From contig CAVYRF010000002.1 in NCBI GenBank assembly GCA_963770895.1, forward strand, positions 3,488,001 through 3,552,000: a stretch of 64,000 nt of DNA, written 5' to 3'. Within the stretch, counting starts at the first letter, position 1, and every line of letters begins with the position of its first letter. A model generated the notes under the pieces. That model saw only the letters and a program-made list of their open reading frames with translations. It made no database searches and was not told the origin of the DNA. Positions 38,330 to 48,409 of this stretch are shown here, piece by piece. A program made the position numbers and the translations under genes. The stretch comes from an uncultured Acidobacteriota bacterium (GTDB taxonomy: Bacteria > Acidobacteriota > Thermoanaerobaculia > Multivoradales > UBA5704).

Positions 38330-39408
38330 AAACGATCAAGGTGCTGGTGTGGGATCTGGATCACACGCTGTGGGACGGCGTGCTGCTGGAAGGCGACGCG
38401 GTGCGCCTGCGTCCCGCCGTCGAAGACCTGCTGCGCGAGCTGGACGCGCGCGGCATCCTGCTGTCGATCGCCAGCAAGAACGATCACGATGCGGCGATGG
38501 CCCGCCTGCGCGAGCTGGGCGTCGCCGATTATTTCATCTATCCGCAGATCAGCTGGAACGCCAAGTCGCAGGCGATCGCGAACATCGCCACCTCGATCAA
38601 CGTCGGCCGCGACGCCATCGCCTTTGTCGACGACGACCCGTTCGAACGTGACGAGGTGCGCCATGCGCATCCCGAGGTGACGGTGCTCGATGCGCAGGAG
38701 GTCGCCGAGCTTGCCGGGCGCCCTGAATTCATGCCGCGCTTCATCACCGACGAATCGGCGCTGCGGCGCCGCATGTATCAGGCCGATATCGAGCGCAACC
38801 GCGCCGAAGCGGATTTTCAAGGGCCGCAGGAAGAGTTCCTTGCCGGCCTGGGGATGAAGTTCACGATCCATCCGGCGCAGGAATCGGACCTGCGGCGTGC
38901 CGAAGAGCTGACGGTGCGCACCAACCAGCTGAACAGCTCGGGGCAGACCTATTCGTACGAGGAGCTGGACGCGTTCCGCCGCTCGCCGCACCACCTGCTG
39001 CTGGTGGCCGGGCTGACCGACCTGTACGGCACCTATGGCAAGATCGGCCTGGCGCTGATCGAAACGCAGCCGGACGTGTGGACGCTCAAGCTGCTCCTGA
39101 TGTCGTGCCGCGTCATCTCGCGCGGCGTCGGCAGCATCCTGGTCAGCCACATCCTGCAGCTTGCGAAGGCGGCCGGAGCGCGGTTTCAGGCGGAATTCAA
39201 ATCGACGTCGCGCAACCGGATGATGCTTGTGACCTACAAGTTTTCCGGTTTCCGCGAGGTGGCCAAAAACGGCGAGCTGCTGGTGTTCGAGCACCCCCTG
39301 ACCGGCGTGCAGCCGTTCCCCGCCTATGTCGATGTGGATCTTTCGGCGGGCGGCGAGGACGCGGCGCCCGCACCGGCAGATCAGCCGGCGATTCTGGCAT
39401 CACGATGA
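38326..39408 (+). CDS. fkbH: FkbH-like glyceryl transferase/phosphatase (HAD-IIIC)
   Basis: VWDLDHTLWDG, SIASKND, FVDDDPFER, RTNQLNSSG, LLMSCRVISRG; ATGA overlap with mtnC. Confidence 0.9.
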   Translation: MKTIKVLVWDLDHTLWDGVLLEGDAVRLRPAVEDLLRELDARGILLSIASKNDHDAAMARLRELGVADYFIYPQISWNAKSQAIANIATSINVGRDAIAFVDDDPFERDEVRHAHPEVTVLDAQEVAELAGRPEFMPRFITDESALRRRMYQADIERNRAEADFQGPQEEFLAGLGMKFTIHPAQESDLRRAEELTVRTNQLNSSGQTYSYEELDAFRRSPHHLLLVAGLTDLYGTYGKIGLALIETQPDVWTLKLLLMSCRVISRGVGSILVSHILQLAKAAGARFQAEFKSTSRNRMMLVTYKFSGFREVAKNGELLVFEHPLTGVQPFPAYVDVDLSAGGEDAAPAPADQPAILASR

Positions 39409-39421
39409 GGGAGGAGACACA

Positions 39422-40360
39422 TTGCAGACGATAGGGGTCATCGGCGCCGGGGTCATGGGAACCGGCGTCGCACAGGACGTTGCACAACACGGACGACAGG
39501 TGATCCTGATCGACCTGGACGACGCCCGGCTCGAACGGGCAAAACGCGAGATCCGCGCCAACCTGCGCATGCAGGGCTTCTTCCGCCCGCCGGCCGCGGC
39601 CGCGGCTGCGACCGCGGCGACCATGGCGGCGGGGGCAGCCGCGGCACCGGCGGCGGCCAAGCCGGCCGCGGGTCCGCTCGGCGGCGGCAGCCCCGCGGTC
39701 CTGGCGCGCATCCAGTTCACCACCGACTATGCTCAATTGGCGGCGGCCGACTTCGTGGTCGAGAACGTCGTCGAAAAGTGGCCGGTCAAACAGGGCGTCT
39801 ACAAGCTCCTGGACGCGCACTGCCCGCCCGAATGTGTGTTTGCCGCCAACACCTCGGCGATCTCGATCACCAAGATCGGCGGCGCCACCGGCCGCCCCGA
39901 CCGCGTGCTCGGCATGCATTTCATGAACCCGGTGCCGCTCAAGCCGATGGTCGAGGTGATCCGCGGCTTTCATACCTCCGAAGCGACGCTGGCGCGGGCG
40001 CACCAATTCCTGGCGCTGCTCGGCAAGGAGGGCATCGTGGTCAACGACATGCCCGGCTTTGTCACCAACCGCGTGCTGATGCTCACCATCAACGAAGCGA
40101 TCTTCCTGGTGCAGGACCAGGTGGCGGCGCACGACGACGTCGATCGCATTTTCAAGGGCTGCTTCGGCCATAAGATGGGGCCGCTCGAAACCGGCGACCT
40201 GATCGGCCTGGACACCATCCTGTTTTCGCTGGAAGTGCTGTACGAAAGCTACAACGACGACAAATACCGGCCCTGCCCGCTGTTGCGCAAGATGGTCGAC
40301 GCCGGTCTGCACGGCCGCAAGAGCGGTCGCGGCTTCTACACCTACGATACGGCGGACTAG
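39422..40360 (+). CDS. fkbK: 3-hydroxyacyl-ACP dehydrogenase (FkbK/ZmaG-like)
   Basis: GAGVMGTG, ANTSAI, GMHFMNPVP, PGFVTNRVL, MGPLETGDLIGLDT; TTG start. Confidence 0.85.
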   Translation: MQTIGVIGAGVMGTGVAQDVAQHGRQVILIDLDDARLERAKREIRANLRMQGFFRPPAAAAAATAATMAAGAAAAPAAAKPAAGPLGGGSPAVLARIQFTTDYAQLAAADFVVENVVEKWPVKQGVYKLLDAHCPPECVFAANTSAISITKIGGATGRPDRVLGMHFMNPVPLKPMVEVIRGFHTSEATLARAHQFLALLGKEGIVVNDMPGFVTNRVLMLTINEAIFLVQDQVAAHDDVDRIFKGCFGHKMGPLETGDLIGLDTILFSLEVLYESYNDDKYRPCPLLRKMVDAGLHGRKSGRGFYTYDTAD

Positions 40361-40366
40361 AGAGCC

Positions 40367-40636
40367 ATGAACGACGTTCAAACCCACATCAAGACCTTTC
40401 TGTCGCGCTTTTTCCGCAATCACGACCTGCAGCCCGACGAAGACATCTTCGCCCTGGGCTTCGTCAACTCGCTGCTCGCCATGCAGCTGGTCAACTTCGT
40501 CGAAAAGGAGTTCGGCGTCACCATCGAAGACGAAGACCTCGACCTGGACAACTTCCGCACCCTGCACGCCATCGACGCCCTGGTCGAGCGCAAGCGCGCC
40601 GGCGGCGCCCCCGCCCCGGCCCCGGCCGCGGGTTAG
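40367..40636 (+). CDS. fkbJ: Stand-alone acyl carrier protein (FkbJ/ZmaD-like)
   Basis: DIFALGFVNSLLAMQLV..EKEFG..DLDLDNFRT; NSL phosphopantetheine site typical of this ACP class. Confidence 0.88.
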   Translation: MNDVQTHIKTFLSRFFRNHDLQPDEDIFALGFVNSLLAMQLVNFVEKEFGVTIEDEDLDLDNFRTLHAIDALVERKRAGGAPAPAPAAG

Positions 40637-40653
40637 CAGGGACGGCGCCGCCG

Positions 40654-41829
40654 ATGAGCAGCGAAGCGCCCAGGGACGGGGACGGCGATCCCGGCATGCG
40701 CCTGGAACTGTCGGCGGCGCAGCGCGATGCGCGCGAGCGCTGCCGCCAGTTTGTCGCCGAATGGGTGGCGCCGCACGCGGGCGAATGGGACCGGGCGGGC
40801 CGCATGCCGCCGCAGGTGATCGACCAGGTGCGGCAGCGCGGCTACCTGGGCTCCCACCTGGCGCCGCAGCTGGGCGGCGGCGGCCTCGACCCCATCGCCT
40901 ACGGCCTGATCACCGAACAGATCGGGCGCGGCTGCTCGTCGCTGCGCTCGCTGCTCACCGTGCACGACATGGTGAGCGAAGCGATCCGCCGGTGGGGGAG
41001 CCCGTACCTCAAGCGCGAGGTGGTGCCGCGCCTGGCGCGCGCTGAGCTGCTGGCAGCGCTGGCGCTGTCGGAACCCGACGTCGGCAGCGACGCCGCCTCC
41101 GTCCAGACCGTCGCAGAGCGCGATGGCGACGCCTACGTGCTGCACGGGCGCAAGCGGTGGATCACCTTCGGCATGGTCGCCGACCTGTTTCTGGTCTTCG
41201 CCCGCTGCGGCGGTCAGGTCGCCGCCTTCGCCGTGCCGGCCGACGCCGCGGGTCTGACCCGCCAGCCGATCACGACCGTCGTCGGCACCCGCGCCTCCCA
41301 CCTGGCCGAGCTCACCTTCGACGGTTGCCGGGTGGCGCCCGAGCACCTGGTCGGGCGCGTCGGCTTCGGCTTTACCCACGTCGCCCTGACCGCCCTCGAC
41401 CACGGCCGCTACAGCGTCGCCTGGGGCGCCGTGGGCATCGCCCAGGCCTGCCTGGACGCCTGCCTGGCCTACACCGCGGAGCGCCAGCAGTTCGGCAAAC
41501 CGATCGCCGGCCACCAGCTGGTGCAGCAGAAGCTCACCCGCATGATCGTCGACGTCCGCGCCGCCCGCCTGCTCTGCTGCCGCGCCGGCTACCAGCGCTC
41601 GATCGGCGCCCCCGACGCCGCGGGCGAAACCCTGATCGCCAAGTACCACGCCTCGCGCGCCGCCACCAGCGCCGCCAACGATGCGGTGCAGCTGCACGGC
41701 GCCAACGGCCTTTCCCAGGACTACCCGGTCGAGCGCTACCTGCGCGACGCCAAGGTCACCGAGATCATCGAAGGCAGCACCCAGATCCAGGAGGTCGCCA
41801 TCGCCGCCTATCCGCCGGGCGACCTGTGA
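40654..41829 (+). CDS. fkbI: Acyl-ACP dehydrogenase (FkbI/ZmaE-like)
   Basis: GRGCSSLRSLLTVH, ALSEPDVGSDA, GRKRWITFG, RDAKVTEIIEGSTQIQ. Confidence 0.88.
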   Translation: MSSEAPRDGDGDPGMRLELSAAQRDARERCRQFVAEWVAPHAGEWDRAGRMPPQVIDQVRQRGYLGSHLAPQLGGGGLDPIAYGLITEQIGRGCSSLRSLLTVHDMVSEAIRRWGSPYLKREVVPRLARAELLAALALSEPDVGSDAASVQTVAERDGDAYVLHGRKRWITFGMVADLFLVFARCGGQVAAFAVPADAAGLTRQPITTVVGTRASHLAELTFDGCRVAPEHLVGRVGFGFTHVALTALDHGRYSVAWGAVGIAQACLDACLAYTAERQQFGKPIAGHQLVQQKLTRMIVDVRAARLLCCRAGYQRSIGAPDAAGETLIAKYHASRAATSAANDAVQLHGANGLSQDYPVERYLRDAKVTEIIEGSTQIQEVAIAAYPPGDL

Positions 41830-41924
41830 CCGTCCGCGGCCCCGTGGCGCAGATGATGCACCCAACGCAGCCATGCCGCCCAACCGTGCGGCGCGCTGCA
41901 AATTCTTGCCTTGGGAGAGCGTGC

Positions 41925-43064
41925 ATGCCAGCCAGAGAGCCCGTCGAACGCCACAATCCCCCGTCCGCCGGCCGGCCCGCGCCGCGGTCCATCCCGGCTG
42001 CCGCCGCCTGGCGCCGCTGCGCCCGGCTGACCCTGGGCGCCGTCGTCCTGCTGGGCGCCGCGGCGACCGTCCCGGCGGCGCGAGCCGCCGGCGCCGCCGC
42101 GGCACCGCCGGCGGACCTGGCCGCCGATCTGACCGCCATGGAAGATGCCGACCGCGCCTTTGCGCGCCTGTCGCGCCAGCAGGGGTTGAAGGCGGCCTTC
42201 CTGGCCTACATGGCCGACGATGCCGTGCTCTTCCGCCCCGGCCCGGTGCCAGGTCCCGCCTACGTCGGCGCCCGGCCCTCGCCCGCCATCGATCTCGTCT
42301 GGGCGCCGGTGCACGCCGTCGTCGCCAAGAGCGGCGACCTGGGCTACACCACCGGCCCCTACCAGGTGCGTGACCTCGACGCCGCCCACGCCGTCGAAGA
42401 CCAGGGCTGGTACGTCACCATCTGGCGCAAGCAGCCCGACGGCAGCTGGAAACTCATCGTCGACCAGGGCGTCTCCACCCCGCCGCCCACCGGCATCGCC
42501 GCCACGCTGATCGCCGCCGCCGCCGCCGGCACCGCCGGGACCGCCAGCGGCGCGGCCGCGGCAGCCCCGCCAGCCGCCGGCAGCACTGCCACTCCGCCGG
42601 CCGCCGGCACCGCCGGCGCCGCCGGGATGGCAGCCGGCTCGGCCCCGCAGGACGCCGCGCAAGGCCTGGTGATGCGGGCGGACCGCGACTTTGCCGGCGA
42701 CGCCAACGTCCACGGCCCGCGCGCCGCCTACATGACCAGCCTGGCGCCCGGCGCCCGCCTCTACCGCCAGGACGCCGCCCCCGTCGAAGGCCGCGACGCG
42801 ATCGGCAAAGCCCTTTCCGGCGGCCACCAGCCCAACCCCGGCGGCCAGGCCACCGCCGCCGGCGTTTCCGCCGCCGGCGACCTGGGCTACACCTACGGCT
42901 CAACCGCCGTCACCGGCCCCGCCGCCCTCTCCAAGAGCGCCACCGCCGCCGCCACCACCAGCATGTACCTGCGCCTCTGGCAGCGCCAGGGCAGCGGCAC
43001 CTACACCATCATCTTGGACCTGATGAAGCCCCTGCCGCCACCGGCGCCGGAGGTTCACCACTAG
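41925..43064 (+). CDS. Secreted protein with two NTF2-like/DUF4440 domains
   Basis: Signal peptide; duplicated AD..FA..G..AA..GDLGYT.G..Y..IW.KQ.DG motif. Confidence 0.75.
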   Translation: MPAREPVERHNPPSAGRPAPRSIPAAAAWRRCARLTLGAVVLLGAAATVPAARAAGAAAAPPADLAADLTAMEDADRAFARLSRQQGLKAAFLAYMADDAVLFRPGPVPGPAYVGARPSPAIDLVWAPVHAVVAKSGDLGYTTGPYQVRDLDAAHAVEDQGWYVTIWRKQPDGSWKLIVDQGVSTPPPTGIAATLIAAAAAGTAGTASGAAAAAPPAAGSTATPPAAGTAGAAGMAAGSAPQDAAQGLVMRADRDFAGDANVHGPRAAYMTSLAPGARLYRQDAAPVEGRDAIGKALSGGHQPNPGGQATAAGVSAAGDLGYTYGSTAVTGPAALSKSATAAATTSMYLRLWQRQGSGTYTIILDLMKPLPPPAPEVHH

Positions 43065-43077
43065 GCCCAGGGGGGGG

Positions 43078-44880
43078 CTAGTTGGTGGTGAGGGGCAGGG
43101 GGAGGTCGGCGGTGGAGGAGAGGTTGAGCTGGCCGCGGCCTTCGGCTTTGGAGCGGTAGAGGGCTCGGTCGGCGGCGCGGAGGAGCTCTCCCTGGTTGTC
43201 GCCGCTTTCGGGATAGAAGCTGATGCCCAGGGAGGCGGTGACTTTGAGGGTGTCGCCCTCGTGGTCGACCGGCTGGGCGATGAGGCGCAGCATGGATTCG
43301 CCGATCTGGATGGCTTCGGTGACTTCGAGGTCGAAGAGCAGCAGGGCGAATTCGTCGCCGCCCAGGCGGGCGAGGGTGTCTTCCTGGCGGAAGCTCTTGG
43401 CCAGGCGGGAGGCGATGTCGCGCAGCAGGTGGTCGCCGGCGTCGTGGCCGAAGGTGTCGTTGATCGGTTTGAAGCCGTCCAGGTCGAGGTAGAAGATGGC
43501 CAGGCGGCGGTCGTGGCGCTTGGCCTGGGCGAGGGCGAGCGACAGCCGGTCGTCGAACTGGGCGCGGTTGCCGATGCCGGTCAGGCGGTCCTGGAAGGCC
43601 TGGCGGGCCAGCTCTTCGCGCGCCTGGCGGCGGGCGGTGACGTCGAGGGCGTGGCCGAGAGCGTAGGGGGGCGCGGCCGGATCCTCGACCATCTGCTCGA
43701 TATAGAGCCAGGTGCGCTGCTCGCCGTCGCGGCGGATCACATCGATGGTGATCTCCTGACGCTTGCGAGCGCGCAGGGCGGCCAGGTGGTCGCCGAAGCG
43801 GGCGGCGCTTTCGGCGGTCATATAGTCGGTGAAGCGCCGGCCGCACATCTGCTGCCCTGCGTAGCCGAGCTCCTGGGCGGCGGCGGGGTTGACCGCGACC
43901 AGCACGCCGTGGGTGTCGTGGGCGCAGATATAGGACGGGCTGGCTTCGAACAGCTCGCGATAGCGCCGTTCGCTGCCGGCCAGGGCGTCGACGGCGCGCT
44001 GGCGGCCGGCGTTGGCGCGGGCGAGCGACGAGGTTGCCGCCCACACCACGAAGCCGAGCAGCAGGATGGTGCCGACCGCCATGAGGGCGATGCCCAGCTC
44101 GATGCGGAACCAACCCTGGCGCTGCCCCAGGTAACGCAGCCAACCCAGGAGCAGCGGGATGGCGGTGGTGGAGGCGATCAGCCGCCGGGCCAGGCGGCCG
44201 GCTTCGTCGTCGCTGCACAGCAGGGCGACCAGGCCGCGGTCGGGGCGCGCCATCAGCGCGCCCGCGGCGAGCATCGCCAGGCAGAAGGCGGTGTTCACCG
44301 CCATGCCGTTGTCGGCGTGCGGGACGAGCGTCGTGCCCAGGTAGGCGTAGGCCACCAGGACGGCAAAGCTGAACGCCGCGGTCAGGGACAGGGCGGCGGC
44401 GGACAGGGTGGTGCCCGCCGCGGGCCGCGCCGGGCGGCCGATCCTGGCCGGCGGGTCGAGCCATATCAGGCCAAGACCCAGCAGCAGCAGGCAGGTCGCG
44501 GTGCTGGCCATCATCCGGCTGTTGCCTGCGTTGATCTTCTGCGGGAAAAGCCACAGGTCGACGCCGCCGACGCCGGTCGCCGCGTGCAGCAGGCGCAGGG
44601 CGCCGATGGCCGCCGTGCCCGCGGCGGCGACGATCCCGGCCCGCCGCCGCGCCGCGCTGGCATCGACCGGATGGAGCGCCAGGAGCGCCAGCGCCGCGCA
44701 GACGATGGCGATCGCCGTCGCCGGGTTCATCGCCACCAGGTTGGGGTTGACGCGATACAGCCAGGGAATCGCGGTCACCCATCCCACCAGCGCCAGCGTC
44801 GCCACCGCCAGCGCGCAGGCGCTCGCAATGGCCGGAAAGGCGGTGGCAGACCGCCCGGTCGTGGTCTTTGCGGTGGGCAT
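43078..44880 (-). CDS. Membrane-bound PAS-GGDEF diguanylate cyclase
   Basis: About 7 TM helices, PAS (SERRYRELFE), D.LTG..NR, DLDGFKPINDTFGHDAGD, RLGGDEF; start uncertain (44880 or 44961). Confidence 0.9.
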   Translation of the reverse strand: MPTAKTTTGRSATAFPAIASACALAVATLALVGWVTAIPWLYRVNPNLVAMNPATAIAIVCAALALLALHPVDASAARRRAGIVAAAGTAAIGALRLLHAATGVGGVDLWLFPQKINAGNSRMMASTATCLLLLGLGLIWLDPPARIGRPARPAAGTTLSAAALSLTAAFSFAVLVAYAYLGTTLVPHADNGMAVNTAFCLAMLAAGALMARPDRGLVALLCSDDEAGRLARRLIASTTAIPLLLGWLRYLGQRQGWFRIELGIALMAVGTILLLGFVVWAATSSLARANAGRQRAVDALAGSERRYRELFEASPSYICAHDTHGVLVAVNPAAAQELGYAGQQMCGRRFTDYMTAESAARFGDHLAALRARKRQEITIDVIRRDGEQRTWLYIEQMVEDPAAPPYALGHALDVTARRQAREELARQAFQDRLTGIGNRAQFDDRLSLALAQAKRHDRRLAIFYLDLDGFKPINDTFGHDAGDHLLRDIASRLAKSFRQEDTLARLGGDEFALLLFDLEVTEAIQIGESMLRLIAQPVDHEGDTLKVTASLGISFYPESGDNQGELLRAADRALYRSKAEGRGQLNLSSTADLPLPLTTN

Positions 44881-45154
44881 CGTATCGTTTAACGTTTCCA
44901 CCAAAGCGGCCTGGAGCCAATCAGCGGCGCGCCCGATTCTCTGTAGGAATCCGTCTGACACGCGGAGTCAGACCGCCGCCGGCCCTGCCGACGCCTCCGC
45001 CGTGAGGCGCCGCCCGTCCTGATACTCGTGTATGTACTTTACCTTAACACATCGTTGCGCGCGCTGATGGCCCGCGGCGCGCCCAGCGCGGGCCGCCGGG
45101 AGCACCAGCCGCTGTTCGGCAAGCGCCAGGGACACAGGTGCTGAGCGACCGGCG

Positions 45155-47141
45155 CTAACCGCCTCCCAGGATTCGTCCCAGCATGTCGAGCAGGTTACCC
45201 GCCAGCCGCCCCATCGCTGGGAACTGGCTTGCTGCCAGGCCGAGCAGCGGCACCAGGCCATAGATGAGGATCTTCGACCAGAAGGACCAGTTGAAAGTAA
45301 TAGCATCGGCGGTGGTCCTGCCGATGGTGCTCAGCGCCGGGTCGTGCTCCATCTGTACGAAGACCACGATCACCGTGGCGCACATCGCCATCAATAGGAG
45401 GCAGAGCACCAGCAGCGTCGGGCTCTTCGGCTCGAAGTGGCCACATCCCATAGTTGCCGCTCGCTGCAATCCATACGCTGGGCGCCGGTGTCGGCCTCCC
45501 CATCAGCTCGCCGGCGGCAAGGTACACCCCTTCCTGCAACTCGCTGGCGAACTGCCGCCGGACGGTGGGATCGGGCGTCGCCGGCGACGGTATGCCGCCA
45601 CCGCCCTCGGTCACCATGGGAAAGCTGGAGATGGCCAGCGTGCCGAACATGGCCTGGTTGTATTGCGGATGGACGTAGAGCAGGTCGGCTTCGAACACGA
45701 ACAGGCTGGCGCCGGGAATCCAGCGGCGCACCTGTTCGGCCAGGAACAGCTCGTCCTTGACGTCGGTCGCCACGATCCCGACGTACGAGAACCTCTCGCG
45801 GGACAGCTGGCGTCCGACATTGGCGATCGTCACGTCGTAGATGCGCGTGGCGAGCGGGCTCTGCTCGGCAATCACGTCCACCGGCGGCTGGCGGTCGGCA
45901 AGGCTCACGTCCAGCGCGGTCTTGGGTGCGCTCACCGCCCTTGCCGAGGTCCCTTCGCCGGCGGCCGCAGGCTGGCCGGCGGCGGTGGTCGCAGCCCAAG
46001 CGTTGCGCAGCCCATACAGCTCGGTCGGGAACCTCACCTTGGTGAGGCGGCGCAGGAGAGGAGCCGCCTGCGTCGAGCTCCACAGCGAATTGCCGTAGGT
46101 TGTGTCGTTTTCGACCAACAGCACCGCGCGGTCCAGGTTCCAGCCCATCTTGTCCTGGAGGAAGCGGAGGGCGGTTTCGATGAGCGTTTCTTCGTCCACG
46201 ATCGTGCGGCTGAAAAGCACCCGTGACGGGCCGGTGATGTCAGCGAGGGCCTGTTCAACTCTCGGCGCCGCAGCCGATCCCGACACCAGGCGGAAGCAGA
46301 CGTCGGGTGGCGCGTTGTCGATCGCCAGGCGCAGCGAATCCGCCGCGCCTGAGTAGGTCGGCCCCAGAACCGGCAGCTCCACGCGGTCGGTGCAGGCGGA
46401 TGCCGCTGCGGTGGTCGGATGGCCCAGGTCGAGGTCGGCACGGCAGGCGGCGGCGTGAAGGCCGGCGATGAAGGAGACGGCGCTGTGGAAAGCCCTCTTG
46501 TGGATACCCTGTTTCGGCGTCTCGCCGACCAGGAAGACCGCCAGCAGCGATCCCCTGCGGTCGTTTCCGGTGCGCCGGAAAAGCAGCATGCCCGCTGCAT
46601 CCTGGTACGCCTTTTCGTCCAGTGCTTTGGACTGAGTCCAGGGGAGCCAGTTGCGGTCGAGCTGGTAGCTGGCATCGGCAAGAGCGCTCTGCACCGCTCG
46701 CAGCTCCAGGTCGAAGTCCGCTGCCAGGCCGGATTCCACCGGATCGGCCACCAGGACCATCATGTATTCGAGGCGCAGTCGATGATCGCGAGCAGCCAGT
46801 GCAATGCTCTCCCAGGCTCCGCCAGGAGGTTCGCTGGGCTCTGGCGAGAGGTCCAGGCGGACCGGTTCGCCGCCAACGCTGCCATGCAGCTCGAGGACAT
46901 CGTGTGGCCGCGCCTTGGGCGGCGCAATTTCCAGCTGTTCGCGGTAGAGACGCGCGTAGTCGCGGTATGCGGATCCAGTCGTGCCGTCGTCCGCCGGCGC
47001 CGGCTCGGCGCTTGCGGCGCCCGCGTCAGGGGCCGCCGGATGAGGCGGCACCTGAACCACCGGCGCCGGGGCCAAGCCGCGGGCGAGGAGCAGCGCCACC
47101 GAGGCCGCGCCGATGAGAAAAGGCGTCTGCTTGAGGTCCAT
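45155..47141 (-). pseudogene. Large hypothetical membrane protein, apparently internally deleted/frameshifted near 45440
   Basis: The long periplasmic-type ORF reads to ..GNYGMWP. Another frame then immediately gives FEPK..TM..QMEHDPALS..FNWSF..GLVPLLGLAASQFP, a plausible C-terminus. Confidence 0.6.
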
Positions 47142-47427
47142 ACGGCTGGTGCCCCCCCTTTTCCGCTGCGCCGCTCACCGATCTGCCCTGGTTACCTGAG
47201 ACGGACAGCGCACCGCTTTTTTGCTGATCCCTTGAGACACGGCGGAGATACCCGTCGGGGGAGCCGCGCCGCGAGTGAACGAGCCCTGGGCTCCCAAGAG
47301 GCCGGCCGAGGCAGCTATCCTTCGACCCTGCGCCACCCCGGTACGCTGGTCAGGGCAGGGCGAATTTGTTAGAACTCGCGGCGCGCGGCAACGTCCTGTG
47401 GCCAGGCCGCCTGGAGGGAGATCCGAC

Positions 47428-48399
47428 ATGAAGGCGGCAATCGTGGTGGAGGCTGGGAGGACGCCGGTGTACGGCGAGTTTCCTGAACCGCAGGCAGGTC
47501 CGGGGGAGGAGCTGATCCAGGTCGCGGCGGCGGCGTTGACGCCGCTCACCAAGGGCCGCGCGTCGGGCTCGCACTACAGCTCGGCGGGGCAGTTTCCGGC
47601 GGTCGTCGGGGTGGATGGCGTGGGGCGCACGGCGGCGGGGCAGCGGGTCTATTTCGTGCTGCCGAAGCCGCCGCAGGGGGCCATGGCGGAGCGGGTTGCG
47701 ATCGGCAGGGAGCGGTGCGTGGTGCTGCCCGACGACGTGGATGACGTGACCGCGGCGGCGATCGCAAATCCCGGCATGTCGTCCTGGGCGGCGCTGACCG
47801 AGCGGGCGCACCTCAAGGCCGGCGAGACGGTGCTGGTCAACGGCGCGACCGGGACGTCAGGGCGCCTGGCGGTGCAGATCGCCAGGCACCTGGGCGCTGC
47901 CCGGGTGATCGCGACCGGCCGCGACGCGGCCACCCTGGAGGAGCTGCGGGGGCTGGGCGCCGACGTGACGATCTCGCTGGCGCTGGCGCCGGGCGACCTG
48001 GAGGCCGCCCTGTCCGCCCAATTCGCGGCGGGCGTCGACGTGGTGCTGGACTATCTTTGGGGCGTCAGCGCCCAGACCGCGATCGTCGCCGCGGCCAGGG
48101 CGGGCAAGGACGGCGTGCCCGTCCGTTTTGTGCAGATCGGCAGCTCGAGCGGCGCCGATGTGGTCCTGCCCGGCGCCGCCCTGCGCTCGTCGGCGCTGGT
48201 GCTGATGGGCAGCGGCATCGGCAGCGTCCCGCTTGCCGGCCTGGTGAACGCGATCCGCGGCGTCATGCAGGCCGCCGGCCCCGCCCGCCTGTCGGTCAAG
48301 ACCGAAACCGTGCCCCTGGCGCAGGTCGAGCAGGCCTGGCAGCGGGACAGCGGCAGGAACCGCATCGTGTTCGTGATCGATGCGCCCGCCAGGAGTTAG
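47428..48399 (+). CDS. Zinc-independent MDR / quinone oxidoreductase-like dehydrogenase
   Basis: GVDGVG, VLVNGATGTSGRLAVQIA, VDVVLDYLWG. Confidence 0.88.
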   Translation: MKAAIVVEAGRTPVYGEFPEPQAGPGEELIQVAAAALTPLTKGRASGSHYSSAGQFPAVVGVDGVGRTAAGQRVYFVLPKPPQGAMAERVAIGRERCVVLPDDVDDVTAAAIANPGMSSWAALTERAHLKAGETVLVNGATGTSGRLAVQIARHLGAARVIATGRDAATLEELRGLGADVTISLALAPGDLEAALSAQFAAGVDVVLDYLWGVSAQTAIVAAARAGKDGVPVRFVQIGSSSGADVVLPGAALRSSALVLMGSGIGSVPLAGLVNAIRGVMQAAGPARLSVKTETVPLAQVEQAWQRDSGRNRIVFVIDAPARS

Positions 48400-48409
48400 A
48401 CTGCTTGCC

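Noticed and set aside
38326-41829. Methoxymalonyl-ACP or fatty-acid beta-oxidation operon
   Set aside because: No FkbG methyltransferase is adjacent (it could lie outside the window); FkbH plus the NSL-type ACP argue against beta-oxidation.
47183-47358. CTGCCCTG...CAGGGCAG inverted repeat and TGAGAC words as a MITE or third copy of the island repeat
   Set aside because: Only 8 bp, no target duplication, and no extended match to the 40-bp repeat; expected by chance.
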